From positions 4,896,001-4,960,000 of the forward strand of contig OZ244065.1 of the NCBI GenBank assembly GCA_965215505.1: a stretch of 64,000 nucleotides of DNA, written 5' to 3'. The notes beneath the pieces are model-generated. The model was not told where the DNA came from, searched no databases, and saw nothing but the letters and a program-made list of their open reading frames with translations. This stretch comes from Capsulimonadaceae bacterium. Lineage in GTDB: Bacteria; Armatimonadota; Armatimonadia; Armatimonadales; Capsulimonadaceae. The position numbers and the translations under genes were made by a program. Below are positions 7,857 to 17,508 of the stretch, piece by piece. The stretch's first letter is position 1; the number at the start of each line of letters is the position of its first letter.

Positions 7857-9893
7857 CTAGTCCGTCATCTCGTACAAATCCATGCCGCCCGACAGCAGGG
7901 CGTTCTTGGACTCCGACTCGCACAGCTTGTCCAGCTTCGCCAAATACTCGCGCACCGTCATCACGACCGTGGCGTGGGACCAGGTCAGCGGCGAGACCGA
8001 GATCGGGTCGCCGCTGTAGGGGTGGATCTGCTCGGCCAGGACGCCCGAGTCCAGAGTGTGCTTGCGGACCCACTCCAATATCTCCAGCGCGGGCGTCAGC
8101 TCGGAAAGCGTCTCGGCCTTCTGGATGTGCCACTCGGCCAGCCACAGGGTGCAGATGATCCACGGGTTGCCCGGCACGTTCCCCACGTCCTGGCTGACCT
8201 GGTGGTAGTAGTCGTTCTCGTAGCGCGCGACCCCGCCGATGTCGGTCCGGCACCACAGGCGCTCTTTGATTTGCTCCATCGTCGCCACGACTTTGGGGTC
8301 GCCGGCGGGCAGCATCCCGAACTGGAAGACGCCGTACAGGCTGGCATCAATGGTGAGGTCCGCGTCTATCGCGCCGGTCTCGGGGTCCACGGTGATGCGG
8401 CGGACGAACCGGCCCCGCTCCTCGTCCCACAGGTGTTCCAGGGCGGCGTCCTTGATCTCCATCTGGGCGGCCCGGAACTCGATGGCGCGGCGCTCGTCGC
8501 CGAAGGTCTCGGCGAACAGGGCGGCGGCGTTCAAGCCCGCCCACACGGCGGCGACGGTGAAGGTGTGGATGCCGTGCCGCTCTTCCCACAGGTCATAGGA
8601 CGCGCCCGGCAGGCCGGTGTGGGCTTCCCGGTACTGCGTCATGAACTCCCCCGCCCGCCGGATGAGCGGGGCGTACAGGCCCCGGATGAACTCGACGTCC
8701 CGGTAACGCTCGTAATGCTCCCACAAGGCCCAGATGACCAGGGCGGTTTCGTCCTCCTGGATGGGGAGCTGCAAATGGCCCGTCCCGTCCGCCCAGGGGT
8801 GCCACGACGACCCCAGCGACTTGTCCGGGTTGTACTTGTGCAGCAAGTAGCCCTCGGGCAGCAATACGTCCTTGCAGAACTCGTAAAAGTTCCGCGTCAC
8901 ATCCGGCTGGCCCGCGAGGTCCAGCGAGTACGCCACCAGCGCGCCATCGCGCGGCCACATGTAGGAGTAGGTGTCGTTGTTGAAGGTCAGATAGTCCGAG
9001 TCGTTGGCCGCCAGTATCGCCCCCCGGTTGTCGATCTGCGTCCTGAGTATCAGCAGCGACTGCTTGTAGAGCGTCACCAAAGGGTCGGGCAGGTCGCCGT
9101 AGGGGATGTCGTCCTTGTTGACCCAGCGGTTCCAGTAGATGCGCGCCCGGTGCTGGAAGAACTCCGGCCCGCGCTCCTCGACGAGCTGGTTGATCAGCTT
9201 GACGGCGGCATAATCCTCGCCCGCCGCCAGCCAGTAGTAGACGGTCGCCGTCCGGTTCAGGGCGACGTGCGCGCCGATGGTGCTGTCCACGGCCCCCTGC
9301 GCGACCGAGTTCATGCCCAGCACACCGTCCTCGGCGTCCCGCCACGTCCCCTCCGCCCCGTGCGCGTGCGAGACGCCGATGGCGTAGTGGTGGACGCCGT
9401 GGTCCTTCACGCCGTCGCTCTCGACGCAGACGTTGGCGAGCATCCACGTCTTGCCCTTATAGTGGATCATCGCCTGGAGGTTCGGCGCGTAGTAGGCCGT
9501 GTTGCCCTCCGACGACTCGTTGAGGTTGAAGTCGTGGTGCCAGAACAGCCGCAGGTCGCGCCCCTGGGGCAGCAGGTTCTCCACCTCCACCTTGCGGACG
9601 TAGACGTCCCGGTCGAAGTCCACGCAGTCCCGGCAGACCAGCCGCAGCCCCAGCCCCCAGTGGACCGCCGTCACCTCGGTGACCAGGGTGTCCTTCTCGT
9701 AGCGCATCGTCTTCTGCCACGACGGCTCCGAGATCCACGACATCTGCCCGTCCACCCAGATGCCGAACCGGCAGGCCTGCCCGCGCGTGTGGTTCATCTG
9801 GCCGACGAAGGGGAAGTACACGTCGCGCAGGGTGTAGCGCGAGTCGAAGGTCAGCAGCAGGTTGCCGTTGGCAATGGGAATATCACGGGGCAT
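7857..9893 (-). CDS. Glycoside hydrolase family 15 (glucoamylase-like)
   Basis: YSYMWPRDG, QEDET, YDLWEER, LAEQ and SPLTWSHA motifs. Confidence 0.92.
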   Translation of the reverse strand: MPRDIPIANGNLLLTFDSRYTLRDVYFPFVGQMNHTRGQACRFGIWVDGQMSWISEPSWQKTMRYEKDTLVTEVTAVHWGLGLRLVCRDCVDFDRDVYVRKVEVENLLPQGRDLRLFWHHDFNLNESSEGNTAYYAPNLQAMIHYKGKTWMLANVCVESDGVKDHGVHHYAIGVSHAHGAEGTWRDAEDGVLGMNSVAQGAVDSTIGAHVALNRTATVYYWLAAGEDYAAVKLINQLVEERGPEFFQHRARIYWNRWVNKDDIPYGDLPDPLVTLYKQSLLILRTQIDNRGAILAANDSDYLTFNNDTYSYMWPRDGALVAYSLDLAGQPDVTRNFYEFCKDVLLPEGYLLHKYNPDKSLGSSWHPWADGTGHLQLPIQEDETALVIWALWEHYERYRDVEFIRGLYAPLIRRAGEFMTQYREAHTGLPGASYDLWEERHGIHTFTVAAVWAGLNAAALFAETFGDERRAIEFRAAQMEIKDAALEHLWDEERGRFVRRITVDPETGAIDADLTIDASLYGVFQFGMLPAGDPKVVATMEQIKERLWCRTDIGGVARYENDYYHQVSQDVGNVPGNPWIICTLWLAEWHIQKAETLSELTPALEILEWVRKHTLDSGVLAEQIHPYSGDPISVSPLTWSHATVVMTVREYLAKLDKLCESESKNALLSGGMDLYEMTD

Positions 9894-10043
9894 AAAATCA
9901 CCAGCCTCTAGTATACCCGCTCGCCCGGCCTTTCCCGATTGACGCGCTCCGGGGCGGGTGGGGAAACATTTCGGCGTTTGCTTTGTCTAGCGCACCATCG
10001 CAGGCTAATCACCGTGCCCGCGCATTGACAGCAAGGAACCAAA

Positions 10044-12647
10044 ATGGACCATCGGCGGCATCTCCCACGGCTTTCAGTCCTGCTGCTCGTCTCGCTGACC
10101 GCCCTCTCCACGGGGGCGGCCTGCGCCCCCGCCCCGCCGAGCCTGGCGAGCGCCCTGGCGGCGGTCAAGCCGCCCGCAGGCGGCGTCGTCCTGACCGTCG
10201 GGGCCGCGCAGTGTCCCCTGCCGTCCGGGGAGGTGTTCCCCGGCCCGGACGCCTCCGTTCAGGCCGTCGCGGGCGCGTTCCACCGGATCGCCCGGACGTT
10301 CGGCGTGGTCACGGCCGTCGCGCCGCCCACGATGACCCTGCTCAACACCCGCCCCGTCAACCCCAACATCTATGACGGCATGCCGACCCCCGAGGCCCTG
10401 AAGTTCCTGGCCGCCAGCCTGACCCCCGGCCAGTGGCAGCAGCTCACGGGCGACCAGGGGATCGGGCTGTCCGACATGGTCAGCGAGACGCAGAGCAGCC
10501 TGTTCACGGCGACCCTGCCGCGAAAGCTCCTCCTGGTGCCGCAGCCACTCACGGGGGCCGACGCCAGCGCCACGGCGTCGGTGCCGGGGACGCGCGACCT
10601 GACCGCCTCGCTGCCCCAGGTCCGCCTGCGCCTCCGTCGCCGCCTGGACCTCCTGGTGTCCCGACTCGGCGGCCAGCCGAACTCCGTCCTCAACGTGGAG
10701 GCGGCCCGTGACATCGGGCAGGAGACGCACTACCGGATCGGTGCGGACAGCTACTCCGCGCCGAACGCCTCCCTCTATGGCGTCCCGGTCAAGGCCGAAG
10801 TGCCGAACGTCCCCAAACCCGGCGGCCTCGACCCGGACAGCCCTGCCCTGCGCGTGGCCGTGCCGCTGGCAGGCGTGAACAACGTCGGGGCGCTCCTCGC
10901 CCGCGTGGGTCGGCTTGCCGGCCTGGAGCTGTACGCCGACCGCCGGTGGGAGGACCGCCCCCTGACCATCCTGGGGACCGCGCCGTCCGCGCCCGCCGCC
11001 GATCTCCTGCGCTCGCTCACGTTCTGCCTGACGGGGGCGTTCCGCCGAGTCGGCCCGGCCTATGTGCTGACGGATGACGTGCTTGGCCTCGGTACGCGCC
11101 GCGCGGTCCTGTCGGAGTTCGAGTCCACCGCCTCGGCGATGCGCCACAAGGCGCTCTACGCCGCCGGGGACTCGATGGCCGGCGTCCATTCCCTGACCGA
11201 CCTCCCACTAGCCCCGGACTCGATGACGTTCACCGATGCCCAGAAGAAAGCGGCCCAGCCCTTCTACGACCAGACCGGGTTTTCCAGCCTCACGCAGACC
11301 CTGGGCCAGCTCACGCCGGAGCAGAGGGCCGCCGTGGCGGCGACTCCCGCTTTCACGGGCAGCGACGGCGTCACCTACACGCCCGATCTGGCCGGGGACA
11401 TCATCGTCGGGGAGGACCCCTCCCTGGAACTGCTCGTGCCGACGGTCAGCGGGCCGGTTGATTCTGGCCTGCGCTCGACCCTGTACGCCCTGTTCCAGCC
11501 GACGCCACCCGCCCCCGATGCCCCCGCGCCGCCAACCTCCCCGGCTGCTCCCGGCGCTCCCGCCGCTCCCGCCCAATCACTGGCAACGCTGACCAAAACA
11601 ATCCCCCGCCGCGCCGTTTTGAGTTCCCCACATACGGCGGCGGACGTCCAGGCCCTCGTCGCGGCGATGAAGAAGCTGGGCCTGAACCAGCTCTGGCTCC
11701 CGGTCGTCCCCACCGGCCAGGCCCCCGACATCCTCTCGCAAGCCGTGCAGGCCACGAAGGGGACCGACATCGCCGTCTACGCCGTCGTTGACCTGCTGAC
11801 CCGGCCGCGCGGCACCCCGGCGGACGCGGCGGACCTGACCCTGACGGGCCGGACCAGCGCCCAGGCGCAGGCCGCCCAAGCCGAGCGCGAAGCACTGGCC
11901 GGGCCGACGCCCTACAAGCCTGCCGACAGAGTCCCCGCCGTGAACGGCGTCGCCGTCAGCCCGTTCTCCGCCGCCGTCGGCAAGGAGCTATCAGCCTTCA
12001 CCCACACCCTGATGACCACGCCCGGCATCGCCGGGATCGTCTGGCGGGCCACCGCGACGCCCGGCTATGACGAAGCCCAGGGGGCGGCCCCCGACCGCGA
12101 CGGCCTCGCACTCGGCTACACGCCCGCCGCGCGGCTGGCGTTCCTCCGCCGGGAACACGCCGACCCCCTGGACCTCCTCCCAACGGCGGCGCGGGGCACC
12201 GCCGACACCTCCCTGCCGGGCTTCGACGACCTTGCCTTGGAACTGACTCTGGAGACGAAATGGGACAAGTTCCGCGCCGACGCGGACCGGTCGCTGCTGA
12301 CGTCCCTTTTTCATCAGTTCGCCACCGACGGGGCCGGGTCCGCATCCAAACCCCTCCTGCTCGTCCAGCAGCGGGGAGGTCGCCCCCCGACCATCACCTG
12401 GTACGGCAGTTGGGCCGGGCCGGACGCCCCTCTCCCCACCTTCCGGCCCTCCTCGGGCGTCCCGGTCGCCGAAAAAGTGCAGGCGCGGGCGCAGTCCGCG
12501 CTCACCATCGCGGACCTCCCCGTACCTGCCCCCATGGACGAAGCGGCGATCCTGCGCCGGTGGGCGGGGCCGCTCCAGAGCATCGGGAAGAACCACTCGT
12601 GGGACGGAATCGTCTTGAACAGCCTTCCCGCACCCGCGACGCCTTGA
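10044..12647 (+). CDS. Large secreted hypothetical protein with a C-terminal TIM-barrel-like region
   Basis: AAGGA RBS; signal peptide; Pro/Ala linker, then ALVAAMKKLGLNQLWLPV, which resembles the start of GHL10 barrels. Confidence 0.7.
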   Translation: MDHRRHLPRLSVLLLVSLTALSTGAACAPAPPSLASALAAVKPPAGGVVLTVGAAQCPLPSGEVFPGPDASVQAVAGAFHRIARTFGVVTAVAPPTMTLLNTRPVNPNIYDGMPTPEALKFLAASLTPGQWQQLTGDQGIGLSDMVSETQSSLFTATLPRKLLLVPQPLTGADASATASVPGTRDLTASLPQVRLRLRRRLDLLVSRLGGQPNSVLNVEAARDIGQETHYRIGADSYSAPNASLYGVPVKAEVPNVPKPGGLDPDSPALRVAVPLAGVNNVGALLARVGRLAGLELYADRRWEDRPLTILGTAPSAPAADLLRSLTFCLTGAFRRVGPAYVLTDDVLGLGTRRAVLSEFESTASAMRHKALYAAGDSMAGVHSLTDLPLAPDSMTFTDAQKKAAQPFYDQTGFSSLTQTLGQLTPEQRAAVAATPAFTGSDGVTYTPDLAGDIIVGEDPSLELLVPTVSGPVDSGLRSTLYALFQPTPPAPDAPAPPTSPAAPGAPAAPAQSLATLTKTIPRRAVLSSPHTAADVQALVAAMKKLGLNQLWLPVVPTGQAPDILSQAVQATKGTDIAVYAVVDLLTRPRGTPADAADLTLTGRTSAQAQAAQAEREALAGPTPYKPADRVPAVNGVAVSPFSAAVGKELSAFTHTLMTTPGIAGIVWRATATPGYDEAQGAAPDRDGLALGYTPAARLAFLRREHADPLDLLPTAARGTADTSLPGFDDLALELTLETKWDKFRADADRSLLTSLFHQFATDGAGSASKPLLLVQQRGGRPPTITWYGSWAGPDAPLPTFRPSSGVPVAEKVQARAQSALTIADLPVPAPMDEAAILRRWAGPLQSIGKNHSWDGIVLNSLPAPATP

Positions 12648-12672
12648 CGCCCGCCCCGAACGCTGTTATAAT
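12644..12672 (+). promoter_or_regulatory. Sigma70 promoter giving a leaderless transcript
   Basis: TTGACG-N17-TATAAT, then 6 nt and ATG12679. Confidence 0.8.
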
Positions 12673-12678
12673 AACCCC

Positions 12679-13320
12679 ATGGCAAGCACGGCACGAACAA
12701 GCACGGCACGAACACGCGGGACACGGGCGAAGGCGAAGCGGCGGGAGCGGCCCCTCGGCGCGGCGATCTGCGCGGGGCTGGGGGTGACCCTGGGCGTCGT
12801 CCTGGTCATCCTGGTCGTGCAGCTCCTCATCCCCAACTCGTTCCTGCGCCAGTATTATGAGTTGCTCCGGCACTCCCCCAGCGCCACCCTGCCGTTCAGC
12901 GCGCTCTACCAGCAGCTCTCCGAACAGGCCGCCCGCGAGGAGGCCCTGTTCGCCACCCCCTTCTCGCTCCTGTGCGGCGGGCTGACCGTCGGCCTGCTCG
13001 CGCCCCGCTACGCCCCTCGGCGGCGCGTCCTCAGCGCGGCGGGCCTGATGGCACTCGGCATCCTGGTCGTCTCGCTCACCTTCCTCTGGGTAGACAGCAT
13101 CAGCACGACCGCCATCATCAACGCGCACGAAGGCGGCCAGATCTCCCACGCGACCGCCCCGCTCGGCTACCTCCTGCGCCAAATATTATGGGGGTTGGGC
13201 TGGATCGCCGCCTGCGTCCTCGGGGCCTGGCTTGGCCTGCGCGGGCGGGGCCGGGGCATCCCGCAGGAGGGGAGTAAAGACGTCCTCCCCACCGCCCCGC
13301 GCGAGGTCGCCCGCCGCTGA
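12679..13320 (+). CDS. Hypothetical membrane protein (about 4 TM helices)
   Basis: Several hydrophobic segments; promoter immediately upstream. Confidence 0.75.
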   Translation: MASTARTSTARTRGTRAKAKRRERPLGAAICAGLGVTLGVVLVILVVQLLIPNSFLRQYYELLRHSPSATLPFSALYQQLSEQAAREEALFATPFSLLCGGLTVGLLAPRYAPRRRVLSAAGLMALGILVVSLTFLWVDSISTTAIINAHEGGQISHATAPLGYLLRQILWGLGWIAACVLGAWLGLRGRGRGIPQEGSKDVLPTAPREVARR

Positions 13321-13350
13321 CCCCGCCGCCGCTGACCCCCCGCCGGGGCC

Positions 13351-15120
13351 TTACTCCGGCTTCACGATCTCCGCCCCCACCACCCGCGCCGCGTCGGCCT
13401 GCACCACGACCCCATCCGGCGTGTGGTGCAGAGTCCCCGCCACGATGACCCGGTCCCCCATCACCGTCGGCGGCACCAGCCGGGGCGCGTCCACCCGCAG
13501 CGGCGTCTGCCCCAGGCCGTCCGCGACGAAGAAGTGGTCGCCCAGCCGGTCCGAACCGCTCGTCACCAGCGGGCCGTCCAGCAGGACTTTCGCGCCCTCC
13601 GGCTGATCGCCCACCCCGGCCACCTCCGTAACAATAGGGGCATCGCCCGCCGCCAGGCCGACCGTCCGCGCCGTCTCCCCCGGATGCACCCGCAGGTCCG
13701 TCTCGTACACGCCGCCCGGCCAGACCGCCCGGACGTGGTACGTCCCCGGCGGGATGTGCGCGAACCCAAACCACCCGTTGCCGTCGCTCTCCCCCGTCCG
13801 ATGCACCTTCCCGTCATGGCGAGTCGCCGTCACCCGCGCGCCGTCCACAGGCGTCAGGCTGTCCCCGGACAGCAGAGTCCCCATCAGCGCGCCCGTCTTC
13901 GGGTCCGTCTTCCAAGGCATCGAAGGCGGCAGGACAGTCCCTTTGAAGACGTTCGGCAGGGCCGCGAACAGGGCCGTGTCGCCCTCCACCTCCTGCCCGT
14001 TCACCCCCGTCGGCGTGTCGTAACAATACACCACCGTCCCCGCCGCTCGGTGTCCCGCCGCCGTCTTCGCCCGCGTGTCCCGGACCATCGCCAGCGTGTC
14101 GCCGACCGGGTTCAGGTACGCCCCGATGCCGAGGGCCGCCTGATGCCCGTACTGGTGGTCCTTGGCGAACGTGTTCCACCCCCGCCACTTCGGCAGAGCT
14201 TTTGCCGACCGGAAGTACGTCATCGGGCAGTTCAGGTCCAAAATCCCCTCGCGCATCCAGTCCCGCCAGGGCGCGAAGACCTCCGTATAGGCCGCGCTCT
14301 TGGCGTTGTACTCGGCGTCGGTCGCGGGCGGGTCCCCCCAGCAGATCGTCGCCGCGCTGACGATCAGTTTAGGCTTCAGGGCCGTCGCGCTCACATAGAC
14401 TCGCCGCACCAGGGCCGTCACCTGCGCCCGCCGCCAGGCCCGCCAGCGCGGGTCGTCCCACCTGGGCTGCCCCGTCCCCCCATACTTCTTGTCGTACCGC
14501 GCCACCGAGGCCGCGTTGTACCCCCAGTGCCCGACCGTCTTGCCGTCCCCCCCGTACCGGATGAAGTCCAGGTGTATCCCGTCCACGTCATAGTGCCGCA
14601 CGACGTCCATATACACCCGGTACGTCCACTCCGCCGCCTCGGGGTTGCCGGGGTCAATCTTTGTGGACTCGGTATCGAAGTCCGCCCCCGTGTCCGACAG
14701 CGACAGCCACTCCGGGTGCTGCTTCGTCAGCGGCCCCGCGCTCGCGTTCCCCCCGACCGCGCAGGCGTTGATCCACGCATGGACCTGGATGCGAGGCCGC
14801 CCCGCCGCGTGCGCGTGGTCGCACAAATACTGGAGCGCGTCGAACTGCCCCGCGTCGTCCTGCGCCCAGCCCTCGTAATGCGACTGGTAATAGGCGTCCG
14901 CCCGCTTCCGCATCTGCACGAAGACCGCGTTACAGTGCATCGCCCGCAGCCGGTGCAGCAGAACATCACATTGGGCGGGCGTCTTGAACCCGTCATTGAA
15001 CCCGTCCACCCAGAACGCCCGCAGCTCCGGCCGGTCGGGAGGGGTGGGGGACTTGGCAAACAGAGGAAGGGCCAGCAGCAGCAGGGCCAGCGAAAGCAGG
15101 GCAAGGCGGGGACTTCTCAT
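13351..15120 (-). CDS. GHL10/DUF187 (YddW-like) glycosyl hydrolase with C-terminal beta domains
   Basis: ELRAFWV, NAVFVQMR, QVHAW, DPGNPE and YDVDGIHLDFIRY motifs; signal peptide. Confidence 0.85.
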   Translation of the reverse strand: MRSPRLALLSLALLLLALPLFAKSPTPPDRPELRAFWVDGFNDGFKTPAQCDVLLHRLRAMHCNAVFVQMRKRADAYYQSHYEGWAQDDAGQFDALQYLCDHAHAAGRPRIQVHAWINACAVGGNASAGPLTKQHPEWLSLSDTGADFDTESTKIDPGNPEAAEWTYRVYMDVVRHYDVDGIHLDFIRYGGDGKTVGHWGYNAASVARYDKKYGGTGQPRWDDPRWRAWRRAQVTALVRRVYVSATALKPKLIVSAATICWGDPPATDAEYNAKSAAYTEVFAPWRDWMREGILDLNCPMTYFRSAKALPKWRGWNTFAKDHQYGHQAALGIGAYLNPVGDTLAMVRDTRAKTAAGHRAAGTVVYCYDTPTGVNGQEVEGDTALFAALPNVFKGTVLPPSMPWKTDPKTGALMGTLLSGDSLTPVDGARVTATRHDGKVHRTGESDGNGWFGFAHIPPGTYHVRAVWPGGVYETDLRVHPGETARTVGLAAGDAPIVTEVAGVGDQPEGAKVLLDGPLVTSGSDRLGDHFFVADGLGQTPLRVDAPRLVPPTVMGDRVIVAGTLHHTPDGVVVQADAARVVGAEIVKPE

Positions 15121-15205
15121 AGGGAGATTATAGCCGATACACAGGCCGGAGGCAATCGGGTATCATGCAAAAACTACCATAAACCATGATTAGGAGGATC
15201 AGACG

Positions 15206-15466
15206 ATGACCGAGACAGGGCAGCAGATCGGGCAGCGCGGCCAAGCGCTGTATGACCAGCAGATACGGGCGCAGGTGGAGCAGGACCACCGGGGCAAGTT
15301 CCTCATCCTGGACGTCAACACCGGCGACTACGAGATAGACGCCGAAGACCTGACCGCCTCCGAGCGGCTTCTGGCCCGCAGGCCGGAGGCCGCCCTGTTC
15401 GGGGTCCGCATCGGGCACCGTGCCGCCTACCGCCTGGGTGGAAAGAAGCAGGCAACCCCCGCATGA
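15206..15466 (+). CDS. Small DUF5678-like protein
   Basis: AGGAGG RBS; HRGKFLILDVNTGDYEID and FGVRIG; ATGA-coupled to the aspartic protease, a pairing typical of this family. Confidence 0.7.
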   Translation: MTETGQQIGQRGQALYDQQIRAQVEQDHRGKFLILDVNTGDYEIDAEDLTASERLLARRPEAALFGVRIGHRAAYRLGGKKQATPA

Positions 15467-15798
15467 TGACAGGGATGATCAACGACAGCAAGGAAGCTGT
15501 GCTGAAAGTGCTGATACAAGGGCCGGATGGTCAGGAGATCGAAGCCGAGGCCGTCATTGATACCGGCTACAATGGGACCCTCTCGCTGCCGCCGGAAGCG
15601 ATCACCTTCCTTGCCTTGCCCGCGAGAGGGTCGCGTTACGTCACCCTCGGCGACGGCAACACGGTTCTGATGAACATCTACCGCGCGACAGTCATCTGGG
15701 ATGGCCTGCCGCGTCCTGTTCAGGTCATGGAAACAGAAGACGTGTCTCTCATCGGGATGTCGCTGCTCTACGGCTACCGCGTCATTCTGGATGTGGTA

Positions 15799-16901
15799 AG
15801 TAGTTGTTCTAAATTAGATTAAACCATTGGCTCCGCTGTCCTAGTGGCTCGGAACGGCTGGAACTGGATTGTGAGGCACTGACCAACCGCAGCCAATGCC
15901 TGCCAAACCGCCAGATGCAGCGTCTCCTTGTCGGCATAGTCCTCGGGACAAAGCCACTCATATTTGAGCTTGCGCCACAGGATCTCCGCAATGTTGAGGT
16001 GCGGACTGTACGGCGGCAGAAAGAACACGAACAGCCCACGCTCCTGCCAAACCGCCCAACGCTCTTTGACGGCCTTCTTGTGGACGCTGGCATTATCCAG
16101 GACAACGACCGTCAGGCGCGGCAGCGACAAGGAAAGAGCATCTAAGCGTTCGCTGATCCAGGCCGCTGTGATTGTCTGCTCCGTCAAGTACCGGTGGAGG
16201 CGGTTGTCCCGAGAAAGCAGGGCGAAGCAATTTACATTGCCCCCGCGCTCACTGGGCATCGCTACCTGTTCATCGGCAAACTGCCACGCATAAGGAACAC
16301 AGGGTAGCAGAGACACGCCGCTCTCATCGCCGTAGAACAGGTCAATGTGGCCCTGCTCCGAAAGCCGCTCATACTCCGTGAGGCACTCACGCTTGAACTC
16401 GTAAACATCGGCGTTGGGCGTGCGTTTCAGGCGTCGTCGCACTCGCTTGAAGCGGCCGCCGTTTTTTTTAGGAACCGCTTGAGCGTGAGTGTGGAGAACT
16501 CCTTGCCAAGTTCCTGTTCCAGTTCGGCTTTGGCGAGGCTGACGCGCTGACGGTTCTTCTGCACCGCGCGGCGCACGGCTTCCAAATCGGTTGTCTGTTG
16601 CAGGATAGGGCGTCGCCCCCTTCCTTGGCGGGTCTTCAATCCGTCAATGCCGTGTTCCTGGTAGCGCGTGAGCCAGGTGTTGACGACCACCTCGCAGCAG
16701 CCGACTTGGCGGGCGACCTCTTGGGAGGTAAGCCACTGGGATTTGAGCAGGATCATTTGGCAACGCTGGCGAAAGGCATGGGAGGGGCCATGCTTGCTTC
16801 CGTTTTCCAGCGCCGCGCGTTCGTCCTCGGTCAGTTCGATTGCCTTGATTTTCGCCATGACGCTATTGTAGCATAGTTTAATCTAATTCTGAACAACTAC
16901 T
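15799..16901 (-). mobile_element. IS630-family insertion sequence (1103 bp)
   Basis: 22-bp terminal IRs AGTAGTTGTTCTAAATTAGATT and AGTAGTTGTTCAGAATTAGATT (20/22); flanked by TA at 15797-15798 and 16902-16903. Confidence 0.95.
15819..16858 (-). CDS. IS630 transposase (orfA HTH 16427-16858 plus orfB DDE 15819-16442, joined by a probable -1 frameshift)
   Basis: GDESG, LDNASVH and LPPYSPHLNIAEILW motifs; A8C slippery run at 16461-16469 in the overlap. Confidence 0.9.
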
Positions 16902-16962
16902 TAGACGGCGGCACCGTAACCATCGAAGCGAAGACACCATAAGACGGACAAGAGAAGCGGGT

Positions 16963-16998
16963 AAGGCCGGTGCTGTCATGTGGCACCGGCTTTTCTTT
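16963..16998 (+). terminator. Intrinsic terminator after the reconstructed protease gene
   Basis: GCCGGTGC/GCACCGGC stem followed by TTTTCTTT. Confidence 0.8.
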
Positions 16999-17094
16999 GG
17001 GTCTTTTTTGCCTTTCAAAGATGGCTATATCCTGCCTCTTAATCAATGACCACTCCGAGCAAACGGGTGTATAATAGATGTGGAGCCAACCCCT

Positions 17095-17376
17095 ATGATG
17101 ACCCTAAACATCTCCCTATCACTAGACCTGGAAGAATGGGTCAAAGCCAAAGTGCAGAGCGGCCAGTACAACTCCGTCAGCGAAGTAGTTCATCATGGCC
17201 TGTACCTGATGCAAGACCAAGAAGCCCTGCGTCAGATCAAACTGGAGCGACTGCGAAGAGACGTTGCCGCCAGTATAGAGGCGGCGGAACGCGGCGAAGT
17301 GGCTCCGCTGGATGTAGAAGACATCATCGCACGGGGAAAGAAGCGGTTGGTAGAGGCGAGAACGCAAAACAGGTGA
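17095..17376 (+). CDS. ParD-like antitoxin (CopG/Arc/MetJ, CC2985 family)
   Basis: NISLSLDLEEWVKAKVQSGQYNSVSEVV and KLERLRRDV motifs; TATAAT upstream at 17070. Confidence 0.85.
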   Translation: MMTLNISLSLDLEEWVKAKVQSGQYNSVSEVVHHGLYLMQDQEALRQIKLERLRRDVAASIEAAERGEVAPLDVEDIIARGKKRLVEARTQNR

Positions 17377-17508
17377 TACACGGTGAGCAGGCGTCGGCCT
17401 GCTGAAAAGTCGGACCTACATCGCTGAATATTACATCGTGACCGTTAATCCGGCTTTGCTAACGTCAAGCCTTTTGGGCGCAGGAAGAGATAGGAGAGTT
17501 TGCATAAC

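Larger units (their letters stand above)
15463..16942 (+). pseudogene. Clan AA aspartic protease interrupted near its C-terminus by IS630
   Basis: AVIDTGY and LIGMSLL motifs; removing the IS and one TA restores ...VILDVV-DGGTVTIEAKTP* with the stop at 16940-16942. Confidence 0.85.
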
